Position numbers and translations under genes: made by a program. Positions 1 through 8,353 of a stretch of DNA of 64,000 nucleotides are shown here, in pieces. Position 1 is the first letter of the stretch, and every line of letters starts with the position of its first letter. Source of the DNA: Prochlorococcus sp. AG-679-M23 (GTDB lineage Bacteria; Cyanobacteriota; Cyanobacteriia; PCC-6307; Cyanobiaceae); assembly GCA_003208875.1 (NCBI GenBank), contig QCUR01000004.1, forward strand, positions 1-64,000, given 5' to 3'. The notes beneath the pieces were generated by a model. The model did not search any database and was not told the origin of the DNA. It was given only the letters and a program-made list of their open reading frames with translations.

Positions 1-135
1 AAAATGAGAGAATTGTTAATTCATTAAAAGAATCTGGCGAAATAGATTATTAAATTTTCCAATTTTAATAAATTTCATAAAAGACTACAGAATAAATAAT
101 TATTAACTAATATGGTCTTTTAACTTGCTTAAATA

Positions 136-255
136 ATGGATAAAATTTCTTTAGCAAATGCACATCTACCTCAACTGATAGGTTTAGTATTAATGTCGAT
201 TGGCTATACTTTTGGAAACAAGTTTTACCTACCTCAAGTAAACAAAAATAACTAA
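136..255 (+). CDS. Putative 39-aa membrane microprotein (MDKISLANAHLPQLIGLVLMSIGYTFGNKFYLPQVNKNN)
   Basis: ATG-TAA ORF read by hand, below the ORF-track cutoff; one hydrophobic segment. Confidence 0.5.
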   Translation: MDKISLANAHLPQLIGLVLMSIGYTFGNKFYLPQVNKNN

Positions 256-426
256 CAAATAAATATATTTTAAAGAAAAAAACTTTTTACCAATAAATCT
301 AATAGAGTAATTTTCGACACTTATGTAACAAAAATGCGACTTAATAACAAGAAGTAAACTCTTTTCCCCTTTTTTATTACAATACGTAAAATTTATGTTA
401 CATTTATTAATAATTATCACCTTAAA

Positions 427-561
427 ATGTCAAAAGTTAAATCTGTTGAAAAAGAAAAAATTGTTGCTGAAAAACTTAATGGGAGATTTGCGATGATTGG
501 GTTTATCGCGGCGGTTGGAGCTTACTTAACAACTGGTCAAATCATACCTGGATTCGTTTAA
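427..561 (+). CDS. hli: High-light inducible protein (HLIP), 44 aa
   Basis: Hand translation MSKVKSVEKEKIVAEKLNGRFAMIGFIAAVGAYLTTGQIIPGFV: AExxNGRxAMIGF chlorophyll-binding motif and TGQIIPG tail. Confidence 0.95.
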   Translation: MSKVKSVEKEKIVAEKLNGRFAMIGFIAAVGAYLTTGQIIPGFV

Positions 562-565
562 TCTA

Positions 566-820
566 ATGAGCCCACTTACTGGTTTTATAATTGTCGTTAT
601 AGCTATAACATTGCAATTTACGCTTTACACCATAAAGAGATTACAAGAACCTTTAGAGCCAAATTTATTTGATACACAAAAATTCCCTAAAATGAACAAC
701 AGAAAAAAAAGCTATTGGAAAAATGCCGAAATAACCAATGGAAGGTTAGCCATGGTTGGTTTATTGGCATTAGTTGTTAATTATGGTTTTTTTGGATGGA
801 TAATTCCTGGATTTATTTAA
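566..820 (+). CDS. hli: High-light inducible protein (HLIP) with N-terminal hydrophobic extension
   Basis: AEITNGRLAMVGL motif and IIPGF tail; starts 4 nt after the upstream hli. Confidence 0.9.
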   Translation: MSPLTGFIIVVIAITLQFTLYTIKRLQEPLEPNLFDTQKFPKMNNRKKSYWKNAEITNGRLAMVGLLALVVNYGFFGWIIPGFI

Positions 821-1000
821 GTTGTTAAGCTTGCAAAAATTATTTAAATAATCAGCATATTTACGCATATACAAACAAATTTATTCATACTAACTTTCAA
901 TTATTCAAAAGGAGGGATTAGAAATGATAGATAGTCCACCAGAGAAGTTCATTAAATTGGTTTAAGCAGCCAGTTGTTTACTATTACACATAACTAAGTT

Positions 1001-1039
1001 AAGAGGTTGATTACTAAAGTCAGTAGTCAATCTTTTTTT
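1001..1039 (+). terminator. Intrinsic terminator
   Basis: Stem AGGTTGATTACT / AGTAGTCAATCT (with G-U pairs), 6-nt loop, T-tract. Confidence 0.7.
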
Positions 1040-1172
1040 CTTTTTTAGTGGAGGCTAAATAATAAAAATATTTTTATATCTTTAAAAAAAAATTAATATA
1101 GATATGAGTACTGATCTTGCTAGTATTTGGCTTAAATGAAAAATTTCCTAATTTAATCCATAATATTTTTAA

Positions 1173-1379
1173 ATGTTTAAAACTATTTTTAGATTAATTT
1201 TATTAACTTTAATGGTTGGATTTATTACTATCAGTCCAAGAACAAGATTCATAGTTGGAGTATCTTTAAAGCAAATATCTTCATTTCTTTTATGGACAGT
1301 TAAATATGAAGACAGAGAGAAATGGATTATGGATAAACCCAGTTGGCTTCCAACTCAAATCTTAACCCCCTCTAAATAA
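1173..1379 (+). CDS. Hypothetical membrane protein, 68 aa
   Basis: ORF track; N-terminal hydrophobic helix. Confidence 0.6.
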   Translation: MFKTIFRLILLTLMVGFITISPRTRFIVGVSLKQISSFLLWTVKYEDREKWIMDKPSWLPTQILTPSK

Positions 1380-1488
1380 GTAATTTCTTCTAAATCTGTA
1401 AAGCAAATCCAAATAAAAGATTAAATTTCTGGGGTTTCTTAGAAAAATATTTTAGAAATATATTTGAAATTTTATAATTGAGGAACCT

Positions 1489-1662
1489 ATGGAAAATAAA
1501 AAAGGTATGAAAGGAGAGCCATTGAATTTCTTTTCAAACGATATGACGGTAGCTAAAGATCAGCTAGCTCATAATCATTTAAAGTTAACCTATCAAAGGG
1601 ATTCAGTTACAGATCTAGAACAAAAACATAAAGAATGGGCCCAAGAAGATACCGCAAGTTAA
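1489..1662 (+). CDS. Hypothetical 57-aa protein (MENKKGMKGEPLNFFSND...EWAQEDTAS)
   Basis: Hand-read ORF with GAGG Shine-Dalgarno just upstream of ATG. Confidence 0.65.
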   Translation: MENKKGMKGEPLNFFSNDMTVAKDQLAHNHLKLTYQRDSVTDLEQKHKEWAQEDTAS

Positions 1663-1766
1663 TACTTAAACAATTGGTTTGTTTGACGATAGATATTTAG
1701 AATGATTAAAACTAAATAGATTATTGACATTCTGTCTAAAATAAATAAATAAAGCTGACATTTTTA

Positions 1767-2156
1767 ATGACTGATAAAGAAAAAATTATTTCATTGTTAG
1801 ATGAGCTCGCATCCCCAGAAAAGATGGGTTCTTTTTTCATGAACAATGCAACTCCCGATTTTCTATTTATCAGACCAAGTGGTAATCCTATAAGTGCAAA
1901 AGGATTTGAAGAAATGATGAACTCTGGGGATGTAGTACAAGAAAAAGCAGAAATAACAAAAATACACCGATTCGAATTTCTAAGTGATAATGTCGCAATG
2001 TGCATTTTCACTCTTGGTTCAAAATTCAGATATAAAGGGACTTCTAATGATGATTTGCCAACAGTTACTTCTATTTTTAAAAAAGTAGGTGATGTTTGGA
2101 AAATTCATTGGATGCAGAGATCAACAGGAGATTCGAATTTATCTTTATGGGTCTAG
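1767..2156 (+). CDS. DUF3804-family NTF2/SnoaL-like protein
   Basis: FLFIRPSGNPI ... WKIHWMQRSTG pattern typical of this marine cyanobacterial family. Confidence 0.8.
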   Translation: MTDKEKIISLLDELASPEKMGSFFMNNATPDFLFIRPSGNPISAKGFEEMMNSGDVVQEKAEITKIHRFEFLSDNVAMCIFTLGSKFRYKGTSNDDLPTVTSIFKKVGDVWKIHWMQRSTGDSNLSLWV

Positions 2157-2236
2157 CAAAGCTAATAGCTTTATTAATGGTCCTGCTACTGGTAGGAAGT
2201 TCTTTTATAGGTTTAATTATTTACTTTATTAAATGA
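2147..2236 (+). CDS. Putative 29-aa single-TM peptide (MGLAKLIALLMVLLLVGSSFIGLIIYFIK)
   Basis: Hand-read ORF overlapping the DUF3804 stop; its TGA overlaps the next ATG (ATGA). Confidence 0.55.
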   Translation: MGLAKLIALLMVLLLVGSSFIGLIIYFIK

Positions 2237-2442
2237 ATTCACCTACGAATTGGGAATTTTTTAAGCAAGATCAAGATAAAATTATATGGGTACATATCTG
2301 TACTGAAAACTTGGACGGAATTGCAATATCAATAAACAACTGGTGGAAGAGAAGATATCCAAATTACAAAATAAGAGTCGTTTCTAAAAATGAATTTGAA
2401 CAAATAAAAAATGCCACCGAATTACCACAACAACAAAATTAA
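2233..2442 (+). CDS. Hypothetical protein, 69 aa
   Basis: ORF track; plausible composition; ATGA-coupled start. Confidence 0.65.
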   Translation: MNSPTNWEFFKQDQDKIIWVHICTENLDGIAISINNWWKRRYPNYKIRVVSKNEFEQIKNATELPQQQN

Positions 2443-2510
2443 TTTTTGGTAAATTTTGATGCTGAATCTTTTATTTAAGGGGCTATATTAGTTTTAGGAA
2501 TAATGAAAAA

Positions 2511-2666
2511 ATGAACTCAGCACTTACAAAAGTCTCGAATCTAAAAGTTAACAAAACTTCTAAAATAGTCCTTACTTTTGCATCATCAGTCTTTTTCTTA
2601 TATGCATTAGGTCAAGCACCGATTTTTAAAAATATTCTTGAAGGAACCTTTTCTTGTTCTGGCTAA
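2511..2666 (+). CDS. Putative 51-aa membrane microprotein (MNSALTKVSNLKVNKTSKIVLTFASSVFFLYALGQAPIFKNILEGTFSCSG)
   Basis: Hand-read ORF with central TM segment; terminator downstream. Confidence 0.6.
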   Translation: MNSALTKVSNLKVNKTSKIVLTFASSVFFLYALGQAPIFKNILEGTFSCSG

Positions 2667-2731
2667 AACAATTTAGCGTTTTATGGAGAGTAAAAATTCC
2701 AACATAAATAAGGGATTCAAAGGTGATCAAG

Positions 2732-2759
2732 AAAAGGAGTAATTAGCTCCTTTTTTTTT
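2732..2759 (+). terminator. Intrinsic terminator
   Basis: AAAAGGAG-TAATTAG-CTCCTTTT followed by T-tract. Confidence 0.7.
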
Positions 2760-2844
2760 GGAAACTATTTCCAGATGTATTACTAAATACATTAAAAGAT
2801 CTTATTTAGAAATTATTATTGGTGTATTAATTATAAATAAATTC

Positions 2845-3084
2845 ATGCCTCAAAATCCCTTTTATCTTGGGTGGAATAAAGGTTGGTCCTTTCTCTTTTA
2901 TCTTGAAGGTGGAACTCCTAAAATTGAGGCTAGTGGATTTGGTATTGCCATGTCGACCGATATTAAGAGGGGAGAATCACCGTCGCAGACCGCAGATAGA
3001 TTAATTTTTAAAGAACAACGAAATAGACAATCTAGATACTATTCTTGGATTCGTTCAATTAAATTCAGAGATGATTCTAATTAA
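2845..3084 (+). CDS. Hypothetical protein, 79 aa (MPQNPFYLGWNKGWSFLFYLEGG...)
   Basis: ORF track 2758..3084; ATG 2845 preferred because the TTG start lies in the upstream terminator tail. Confidence 0.7.
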   Translation: MPQNPFYLGWNKGWSFLFYLEGGTPKIEASGFGIAMSTDIKRGESPSQTADRLIFKEQRNRQSRYYSWIRSIKFRDDSN

Positions 3085-3228
3085 TTATGCAGTCTTCACA
3101 ATCCTCTCTTGATTTTCACTAATTATTTCAACTAAGTAAAAAGTCTTAAATTTTCATTTTTGTACGGTTGATCACTTTTCAGTTATTCAATTAATTTGCA
3201 TTATGGATGTAATTACAAAGTAAATATT

Positions 3229-3372
3229 ATGACTCAGTCTTCAATAAGTACTCCATACGCGCAAAGACTAGCAGAAAAATTTAAAGAGTCCCAAGCATAT
3301 CTAAGAGCTAATGGATTTAGTAGATCAACTAAAACTCTTTATGAAGATATAGAGACTTCAACTGATAAATAA
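3229..3372 (+). CDS. Hypothetical 47-aa protein (MTQSSISTPYAQRLAEKFKESQAYLRANGFSRSTKTLYEDIETSTDK)
   Basis: Hand-read ATG-TAA ORF with protein-like composition. Confidence 0.6.
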   Translation: MTQSSISTPYAQRLAEKFKESQAYLRANGFSRSTKTLYEDIETSTDK

Positions 3373-3447
3373 GGCACATACCTCAACACTTGCCGCAAAT
3401 ACAGTTTTGCTATGATTTGGCTTTAACTACAATAACGTAAGGTTTGA

Positions 3448-3522
3448 TTGGGATTAATCTTGGTTTTTCTTTTTGTATTATTGCTTTCTTATTTTGAATT
3501 CAAATTTAAGAAACACAAATAA
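3448..3522 (+). CDS. Possible 24-aa TM peptide (MGLILVFLFVLLLSYFEFKFKKHK)
   Basis: TTG start after AAGG; hydrophobic helix plus basic tail. Confidence 0.3.
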   Translation: MGLILVFLFVLLLSYFEFKFKKHK

Positions 3523-3588
3523 TAAAAACTATAAATTTAGTAAGAAAATTATAATAAAACTCTTACTACTTTCACCGTTTATTAAATC

Positions 3589-3720
3589 ATGAAACCTAAA
3601 GAAGAGAAAGAAAAAGCTATCGATGAAATCGTAAAAATAATACAGAAATTTCAATACAAATATGAACTTAGTTAGAAATCCAAAAGAGAAATTTTAGACC
3701 AAGATAAAATATATGATTGA
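3589..3720 (+). pseudogene. Small helical protein interrupted by in-frame TAG (3673-3675)
   Basis: MKPKEEKEKAIDEIVKIIQKFQYKYELS*KSKREILDQDKIYD; aligns without gaps across the stop to ORF 36654..36806. Confidence 0.4.
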
Positions 3721-3824
3721 CAGTCGATCTACATAAGAGACTATTTAAACACTCTTTTTATGACTATTAATACATTTCTATTACCGTCAATAGTAGATTT
3801 TTATGCAAATTAAAACTAGATAAT

Positions 3825-3919
3825 AAAAAAAGACCTCTATTTCTAGAGATCTTTATATAGTTTTACTAAACCAAGTGTTTCCTTGTTTCCACTGTTTCAG
3901 TAAAACTTCTCCTACACAC
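3825..3919 (-). ncRNA. yfr2: Yfr2-family cyanobacterial sRNA
   Basis: Minus strand GTGTGTAGGAGAAGTTTTACTGAAACAGTGGAAACAAGGAAACACTTGGTTTAGTAAAAC: 5' GUGUAGGAG, stem with tandem GGAAACA loop motif, then terminator-like hairpin and T-tract. Confidence 0.9.
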
Positions 3920-3936
3920 ATATACAACATATACAA
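3919..3936 (-). promoter_or_regulatory. Perfect 9-bp direct repeat (TTGTATATG)x2 over the yfr2 promoter; candidate repressor site
   Basis: CATATACAA CATATACAA on + strand abutting the sRNA 5' end. Confidence 0.5.
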
Positions 3937-4133
3937 GATATTTCTTTTTCGTGGATATGGATGAGTATTGTTACTTATTGGTTATATATGATAGTTACAA
4001 CACTTATTTCTAAATGCAATACGACACCCTCATGCTTTCAATCAGCGCGTTTAATGATCAGTACTGAATGTGTAAGTAGTTCCTATATCGCTTATGAGCT
4101 GAAAAAAGGAATTCACCAAGTATTTACTATTTT

Positions 4134-4431
4134 TTATGTCTTTTCAATTGGTGCCATGGTTAATCCATTGGTGACAAGTTGCTGATGATATAGTTCTGCC
4201 TACTCAAAGGGTCCTCTCCATACTTCTGCCGAACCTTCCCTATCAACTTCGAGTGCGTGTAACCATAATTTTTTTTTCACTTATTCCAGGGATAATTATT
4301 ACAAGACAATTTGCCACATGTTCAAACGTATTAAAATTATCATCAAGAGCAATTATCCTTGCTTCTGGATATTTTCTTTTCGTTGTCTTTGGATCTACGA
4401 CTGAAGTAGTTAAATTGTCAGAAATTTTCAT
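4134..4431 (-). pseudogene. clpS: ClpS N-degron adaptor pseudogene
   Basis: LDDNFNTFEHVANCL motif; extra base in A9 run (4269-4277); shifted frame continues LWLHALEVDREGSAEVWRGPFE*AELYHQQLVTNGLTMAPIEKT with TAG at 4200-4202. Confidence 0.85.
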
Positions 4432-4566
4432 ATAAAAAATTTATTAGGAATATAGTTGTTTTAAAAAGGTATTTCTTATTTTTAAAAACTCATTGTTAAA
4501 ACTTCAAATAAATAAAGTTATTACCCATGGTCAAACTTTGAATAGTTGCTACGTTTGAAATAAGAG

Positions 4567-4725
4567 ATGAACTTTATTATGTTTACAAATTATCTGCCTA
4601 GTGAGATGGTGACGGTTTTAGAGGTAACAACGATGTTTTCATTCTTAGTTGGGACAATATTAGTTATGTTGTTTACATCAGATCAGGCTAATAAAAAGAA
4701 TCTATATTTAAAGAAAGCCAAATAA
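4567..4725 (+). CDS. Putative 52-aa membrane microprotein
   Basis: Hand-read MNFIMFTNYLPSEMVTVLEVTTMFSFLVGTILVMLFTSDQANKKNLYLKKAK; TM helix plus basic tail. Confidence 0.55.
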   Translation: MNFIMFTNYLPSEMVTVLEVTTMFSFLVGTILVMLFTSDQANKKNLYLKKAK

Positions 4726-4751
4726 CTAAACATAAAGATTAGGCAAATATA

Positions 4752-4874
4752 TTAACTAATAGAAGTTGATTGAGCCCTAGCTTCAAATTTATTTTTAATT
4801 TCATTAAAAATAAAAATAAGGACTGGTATATGGGCTAGTCCACCAATAATTACTTTAGTTTCTGAATAAGGCAT
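4752..4874 (-). CDS. Putative 40-aa microprotein (MPYSETKVIIGGLAHIPVLIFIFNEIKNKFEARAQSTSIS)
   Basis: Hand-read ATG-TAA ORF, hydrophobic core. Confidence 0.55.
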   Translation of the reverse strand: MPYSETKVIIGGLAHIPVLIFIFNEIKNKFEARAQSTSIS

Positions 4875-4935
4875 TTCGAATGTAATAAGAACTTAAAGAT
4901 ATTTAAGCATAAAATTTATTTATCAATGCTTTTTG

Positions 4936-5166
4936 TTAAGTAGCTTCAGGAGCAAAGATAGTTCTATTTTCTCTCCAACATTTACATCCCTTAACTAAGT
5001 GATCTCCTTGAGGAATAAGCTTCTGGTGAAAGGGACAGGTCAAGATAGTTACACATTGATCTGTCGTGCTGTAACGAAAGTGAGTGCAAGTAATGCAAAT
5101 CTTTGTGCGTTTGCTTTTCAGTTCTGAGTTGTATTCGAAGTAATCCCATGACTGAGGATTTCCCAT
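4936..5166 (-). CDS. Cys/His-rich putative metal-binding protein, 76 aa
   Basis: CITCTHF...CPFH...GCKCW; TAATG-coupled to the upstream ORF. Confidence 0.75.
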   Translation of the reverse strand: MGNPQSWDYFEYNSELKSKRTKICITCTHFRYSTTDQCVTILTCPFHQKLIPQGDHLVKGCKCWRENRTIFAPEAT

Positions 5167-5303
5167 TAATCATATATGTATTCTTCATCGACCTTAATTA
5201 CTACGCCACTAAAAAATTCTGCTAATAGTTTTGATGGGTCTTGAACAGATACTTTTCTTTTCTCTTTTGCAAGTTTCTTTTTGATTAGATTAAAGTGGGT
5301 CAT
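5166..5303 (-). CDS. Hypothetical 45-aa protein (MTHFNLIKKKLAKEKRKVSVQDPSKLLAEFFSGVVIKVDEEYIYD)
   Basis: Hand-read; ATGA overlap with DUF1651 stop and TAATG overlap with next start. Confidence 0.7.
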   Translation of the reverse strand: MTHFNLIKKKLAKEKRKVSVQDPSKLLAEFFSGVVIKVDEEYIYD

Positions 5304-5599
5304 GCTGATTCTTGAAATTGGTTTGTTACTTCAGTCCATCCTCCAGCTATTAGTTCATTCCATGTTTCAAACGCAGAGTCGAGATCATGAAGTCTTGTGT
5401 TTTTAAGTCCTGCTGGTTCTCCTAGATGATTTGCATAGAAGAGGTGGGTATAAACATTGATGTTGTTCCGTGCTGATTTCTTGCACTTTTCAAACAAGAT
5501 TAAAAAGCTGCCTTGCGGGTTAAGTATCCAGCCATTGGGTGAATCAACACGACTGCCATAAGAAAAATTAGACCAAACATTGGCTCCTCCTAGAGTCAT
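5300..5599 (-). CDS. DUF1651-family protein
   Basis: GWILNP...AFETWNELIAGGWTEV pattern; ATG 5599 preferred over 5644 (extension runs through the operator). Confidence 0.75.
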   Translation of the reverse strand: MTLGGANVWSNFSYGSRVDSPNGWILNPQGSFLILFEKCKKSARNNINVYTHLFYANHLGEPAGLKNTRLHDLDSAFETWNELIAGGWTEVTNQFQESA

Positions 5600-5606
5600 T
5601 AGTAAG

Positions 5607-5622
5607 TAATACAGGTGTACTA
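5607..5622 (-). promoter_or_regulatory. LexA (SOS) box
   Basis: TAGTACA-CC-TGTATTA, one mismatch to the picocyanobacterial TAGTACA-N2-TGTACTA palindrome, 7 nt upstream of ATG 5599. Confidence 0.7.
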
Positions 5623-5711
5623 CTACTATAAGTGCGATGGGCATAGTTCGTCAAGTATTGAATTTGTTATTTACCTTTTTCTATTAATTCTGGAAATAAA
5701 ATTACCTACCA

Positions 5712-5925
5712 AAAGCAAGTGTTAGCAAGCAGTTTGATAGGTAACACCGAATCCCCGCCAGTTCTCTGATGCATCGACCTGGAAAAGCCAGAAGAGGAGT
5801 CAAAGTGGGCTTTCGTTTCCAATTACAGGATTGGTTTACGTCCACATCACGACAGTCTCCTCAAGTCGAAAAAGAGTCAGATCAGAGCACATAAAGAAGA
5901 ACTTGACCAAAGATCCAGTATGTAA
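5712..5925 (-). ncRNA. ssrS: 6S RNA (Yfr7/SsaA); ends approximate
   Basis: GC-richer non-coding block directly downstream of purK, the known cyanobacterial 6S position; recognisable CCAGGTCGATGCATCAGAGAACTGGCGGGGATTCGGTG 3' segment. Confidence 0.8.
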
Positions 5926-5941
5926 ATATTAACTTATTTCT

Positions 5942-7132
5942 TTAGTCATTTGGAGATGGCCAAATCTCTCTTACCTTATTTAAGATTTCTTTTGATTTTT
6001 CAACTCTTTTCGACTGATTATCTTCGTTAAGTAAAAACGTTATATGAGCCATTTTTCGTCCAACACTTTCTTTAGATTTACCATACCAATGGAGATTAGA
6101 ACCCCCGATTTCAGATAATAATTCTAATCTTTTTTTTATGGACAAAGGAAATTTTTTATTTAAACCTAATAAATTTATCATTAAGGATCCTTGGGAATGC
6201 ATTTTTATCTCTGGAGGCTTGATACCTGAAGATATACAAACATATTGATCGAACTGGCTTGAAGAACAAGCTTCAATAGAAAAGTGTGCGGAATTATGAG
6301 TTCTAGGAGCAATTTCATTAATTAATAGTCCTTTATCACCAAAAAAGAATTCAATTCCCATCACTCCTACATAATCAAGTTCATTTACTATTGATGAGAA
6401 AATATTTTTCGCAAAAGTCTCCAAATCATAATCAATTTCAGCTGGAGACAAAACCCAATCACAAATATTATTTTTTTGAAATGTCTCGACAACTGGAAAG
6501 AATCTTATTGTTCCATCAAAATCTCTTGATCCTACTAAAGCAAACTCATTTTTATAATCTACCCATTCTTCAATTATCCATTCTTCTGAATTGGTCTTAA
6601 CAAAAAAAGAATTCAAATCTTCTTTAGTATTGATTTTTGTATTTCCTTTACCGTCATATCCTCCTTTATAAGATTTAATCATTAGAGGAAAATTCCAGTA
6701 CTCAATTTCTTCATCATTAAGACTTTTAAATTCCTCTATTGGTTTCCATCTTGGTGATGGGAGGTTCAATCTTTCTATTAATATTTTTTGTGAGATTCTA
6801 TCGACCAAAGGTTGAATTGATTCAAGGCTTGGTACAAAAATATTTTTAGACTCAATTAAATTCAATTTTTCAATTTTAATCCATTCATTTTCAAAAATTA
6901 TTTTTTCGCACTCTTTAATTAAGTCCTTATTCCCTTTTACCTTTAAGGGATCAGCTTCAATTACATAATCTGCTTTTGAACCTGCTGGATCATTGGAAGA
7001 TTTAGTTTGAACACATACTTTTATTCCTCTATTATTTGCAGCTTCAGCAAGCATTAAAGCTAATTGACCACCTCCAATTATTCCTATTGGATAATTTTTC
7101 TTTATATTTTCAATATTTTTTTTAAGATTCAT
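5942..7132 (-). CDS. purK: N5-carboxyaminoimidazole ribonucleotide synthase
   Basis: GIIGGGQLALM, GGYDGKG, NEIAPRTHNSAH, GRKMAH. Confidence 0.95.
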   Translation of the reverse strand: MNLKKNIENIKKNYPIGIIGGGQLALMLAEAANNRGIKVCVQTKSSNDPAGSKADYVIEADPLKVKGNKDLIKECEKIIFENEWIKIEKLNLIESKNIFVPSLESIQPLVDRISQKILIERLNLPSPRWKPIEEFKSLNDEEIEYWNFPLMIKSYKGGYDGKGNTKINTKEDLNSFFVKTNSEEWIIEEWVDYKNEFALVGSRDFDGTIRFFPVVETFQKNNICDWVLSPAEIDYDLETFAKNIFSSIVNELDYVGVMGIEFFFGDKGLLINEIAPRTHNSAHFSIEACSSSQFDQYVCISSGIKPPEIKMHSQGSLMINLLGLNKKFPLSIKKRLELLSEIGGSNLHWYGKSKESVGRKMAHITFLLNEDNQSKRVEKSKEILNKVREIWPSPND

Positions 7133-7261
7133 ATGATGATCTTATTATGATTTTTAATTCTTAACAACTGATTATTTTAATCTAATTTTTAAGTCAAGAT
7201 AAGGTTAGAATAAATAAAATAATTTTTTAAATTAATAAAAAACTTTTCTAAAACATTTATT

Positions 7262-8353
7262 GTGGATAAGAACAAAATACTAGTTCCTCTTAGTAATAAT
7301 TCATACGAAGTCATTATAAAACAAGGCCTAATTAATAGCATTGGAGAAGAACTAACCCGAATTGGTATTAATAATAATAGAAAAATTCTTATAGTTTCTA
7401 ATAAAGAAATCTCAACATTATTTGGGGGGAAACTTCTTAATAATTTAAAAAAGTATAATTTCAATGCTGAAATATTCAATATTAAAGCTGGAGAATCTCA
7501 TAAGAACTTAGCAAGTTTAAGTGAGATATTTAATGTTGCTTTTGAGGTTGGTTTAGATAGGAATTCCCTAATGATTGCACTCGGGGGCGGAATTGTAGGG
7601 GATGTCACAGGTTTTGCCGCCGCTACCTGGTTAAGAGGTATTGAATATATTCAAATCCCTACAACATTATTATCTATGGTTGATTCATCCGTAGGTGGGA
7701 AAACTGCCGTTAATCATCCTAAAGGGAAAAATCTAATAGGAGCTTTTTATCAGCCTAAAGCAGTTTTTATTGACCCTGAAACTCTAATAACTTTACCAAC
7801 GAGGGAATTCAAGGCAGGCATGGCGGAAGTGATCAAATATGGCGTCATAAAAGATAAATCACTTTTCGAATACTTAGAAAATGAAAAGAATAGAGATAAA
7901 ATCCTAAATCTCGAGAACGAATCATTAATAAAAATAATCAATAAATCAATTAAAACTAAGGCTTGTATAGTTTCTGAAGACGAGAAAGAAAATGGAATTC
8001 GAGCAATATTAAATTATGGTCATTCCTTTGGCCACGTTATAGAAAATTTGTGCGGATATGGAGAGTATTTACATGGCGAAGCCATCTCGATTGGAATGAA
8101 AATTGCAGGAGATATTGCGACTGAAAAGAGCTTGTGGTCAAAAGAGAATTCTTTAAGGCAAGATCATCTTCTTGAAAGCTATGGTCTACCAACACAAACA
8201 CCTAAAATCAAAAAGGATGACGTAATGAAAATACTTATGGGTGATAAAAAAGTACGTAATGGGAAAATGAGATTTATATTACCTATAGAGCTTGGAGAAG
8301 TTGATATATTTAATGATATAAATGAATCGCAATTCCTAAAATATTTCGATTAG
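7262..8353 (+). CDS. aroB: 3-dehydroquinate synthase
   Basis: [38 protein letters not shown]. Confidence 0.97.
   Translation: MDKNKILVPLSNNSYEVIIKQGLINSIGEELTRIGINNNRKILIVSNKEISTLFGGKLLNNLKKYNFNAEIFNIKAGESHKNLASLSEIFNVAFEVGLDRNSLMIALGGGIVGDVTGFAAATWLRGIEYIQIPTTLLSMVDSSVGGKTAVNHPKGKNLIGAFYQPKAVFIDPETLITLPTREFKAGMAEVIKYGVIKDKSLFEYLENEKNRDKILNLENESLIKIINKSIKTKACIVSEDEKENGIRAILNYGHSFGHVIENLCGYGEYLHGEAISIGMKIAGDIATEKSLWSKENSLRQDHLLESYGLPTQTPKIKKDDVMKILMGDKKVRNGKMRFILPIELGEVDIFNDINESQFLKYFD

Noticed and set aside
320..415. HLR1/RpaB direct repeat upstream of hli
   Set aside because: Only isolated GTTACA-like half-sites; second halves too degenerate to call
229..420. 63-aa minus-strand ORF
   Set aside because: AT-rich chance ORF over the hli promoter region
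961..977. 15/17-nt match (FKQPVV) to the minus strand near 33735-33751
   Set aside because: Matches of this length are expected by chance in 64 kb of AT-rich DNA
2683..2742. 19-codon ORF MESKNSNINKGFKGDQEKE
   Set aside because: No SD or other support; runs into the terminator
3961..4435. Plus-strand ORFs 3961..4185 and 4253..4435
   Set aside because: Overlap the clpS pseudogene antisense; no recognisable features
4991..5188. Alternative-frame 65-aa ORF
   Set aside because: Overlaps the coupled 45-aa and 76-aa genes, which have better support
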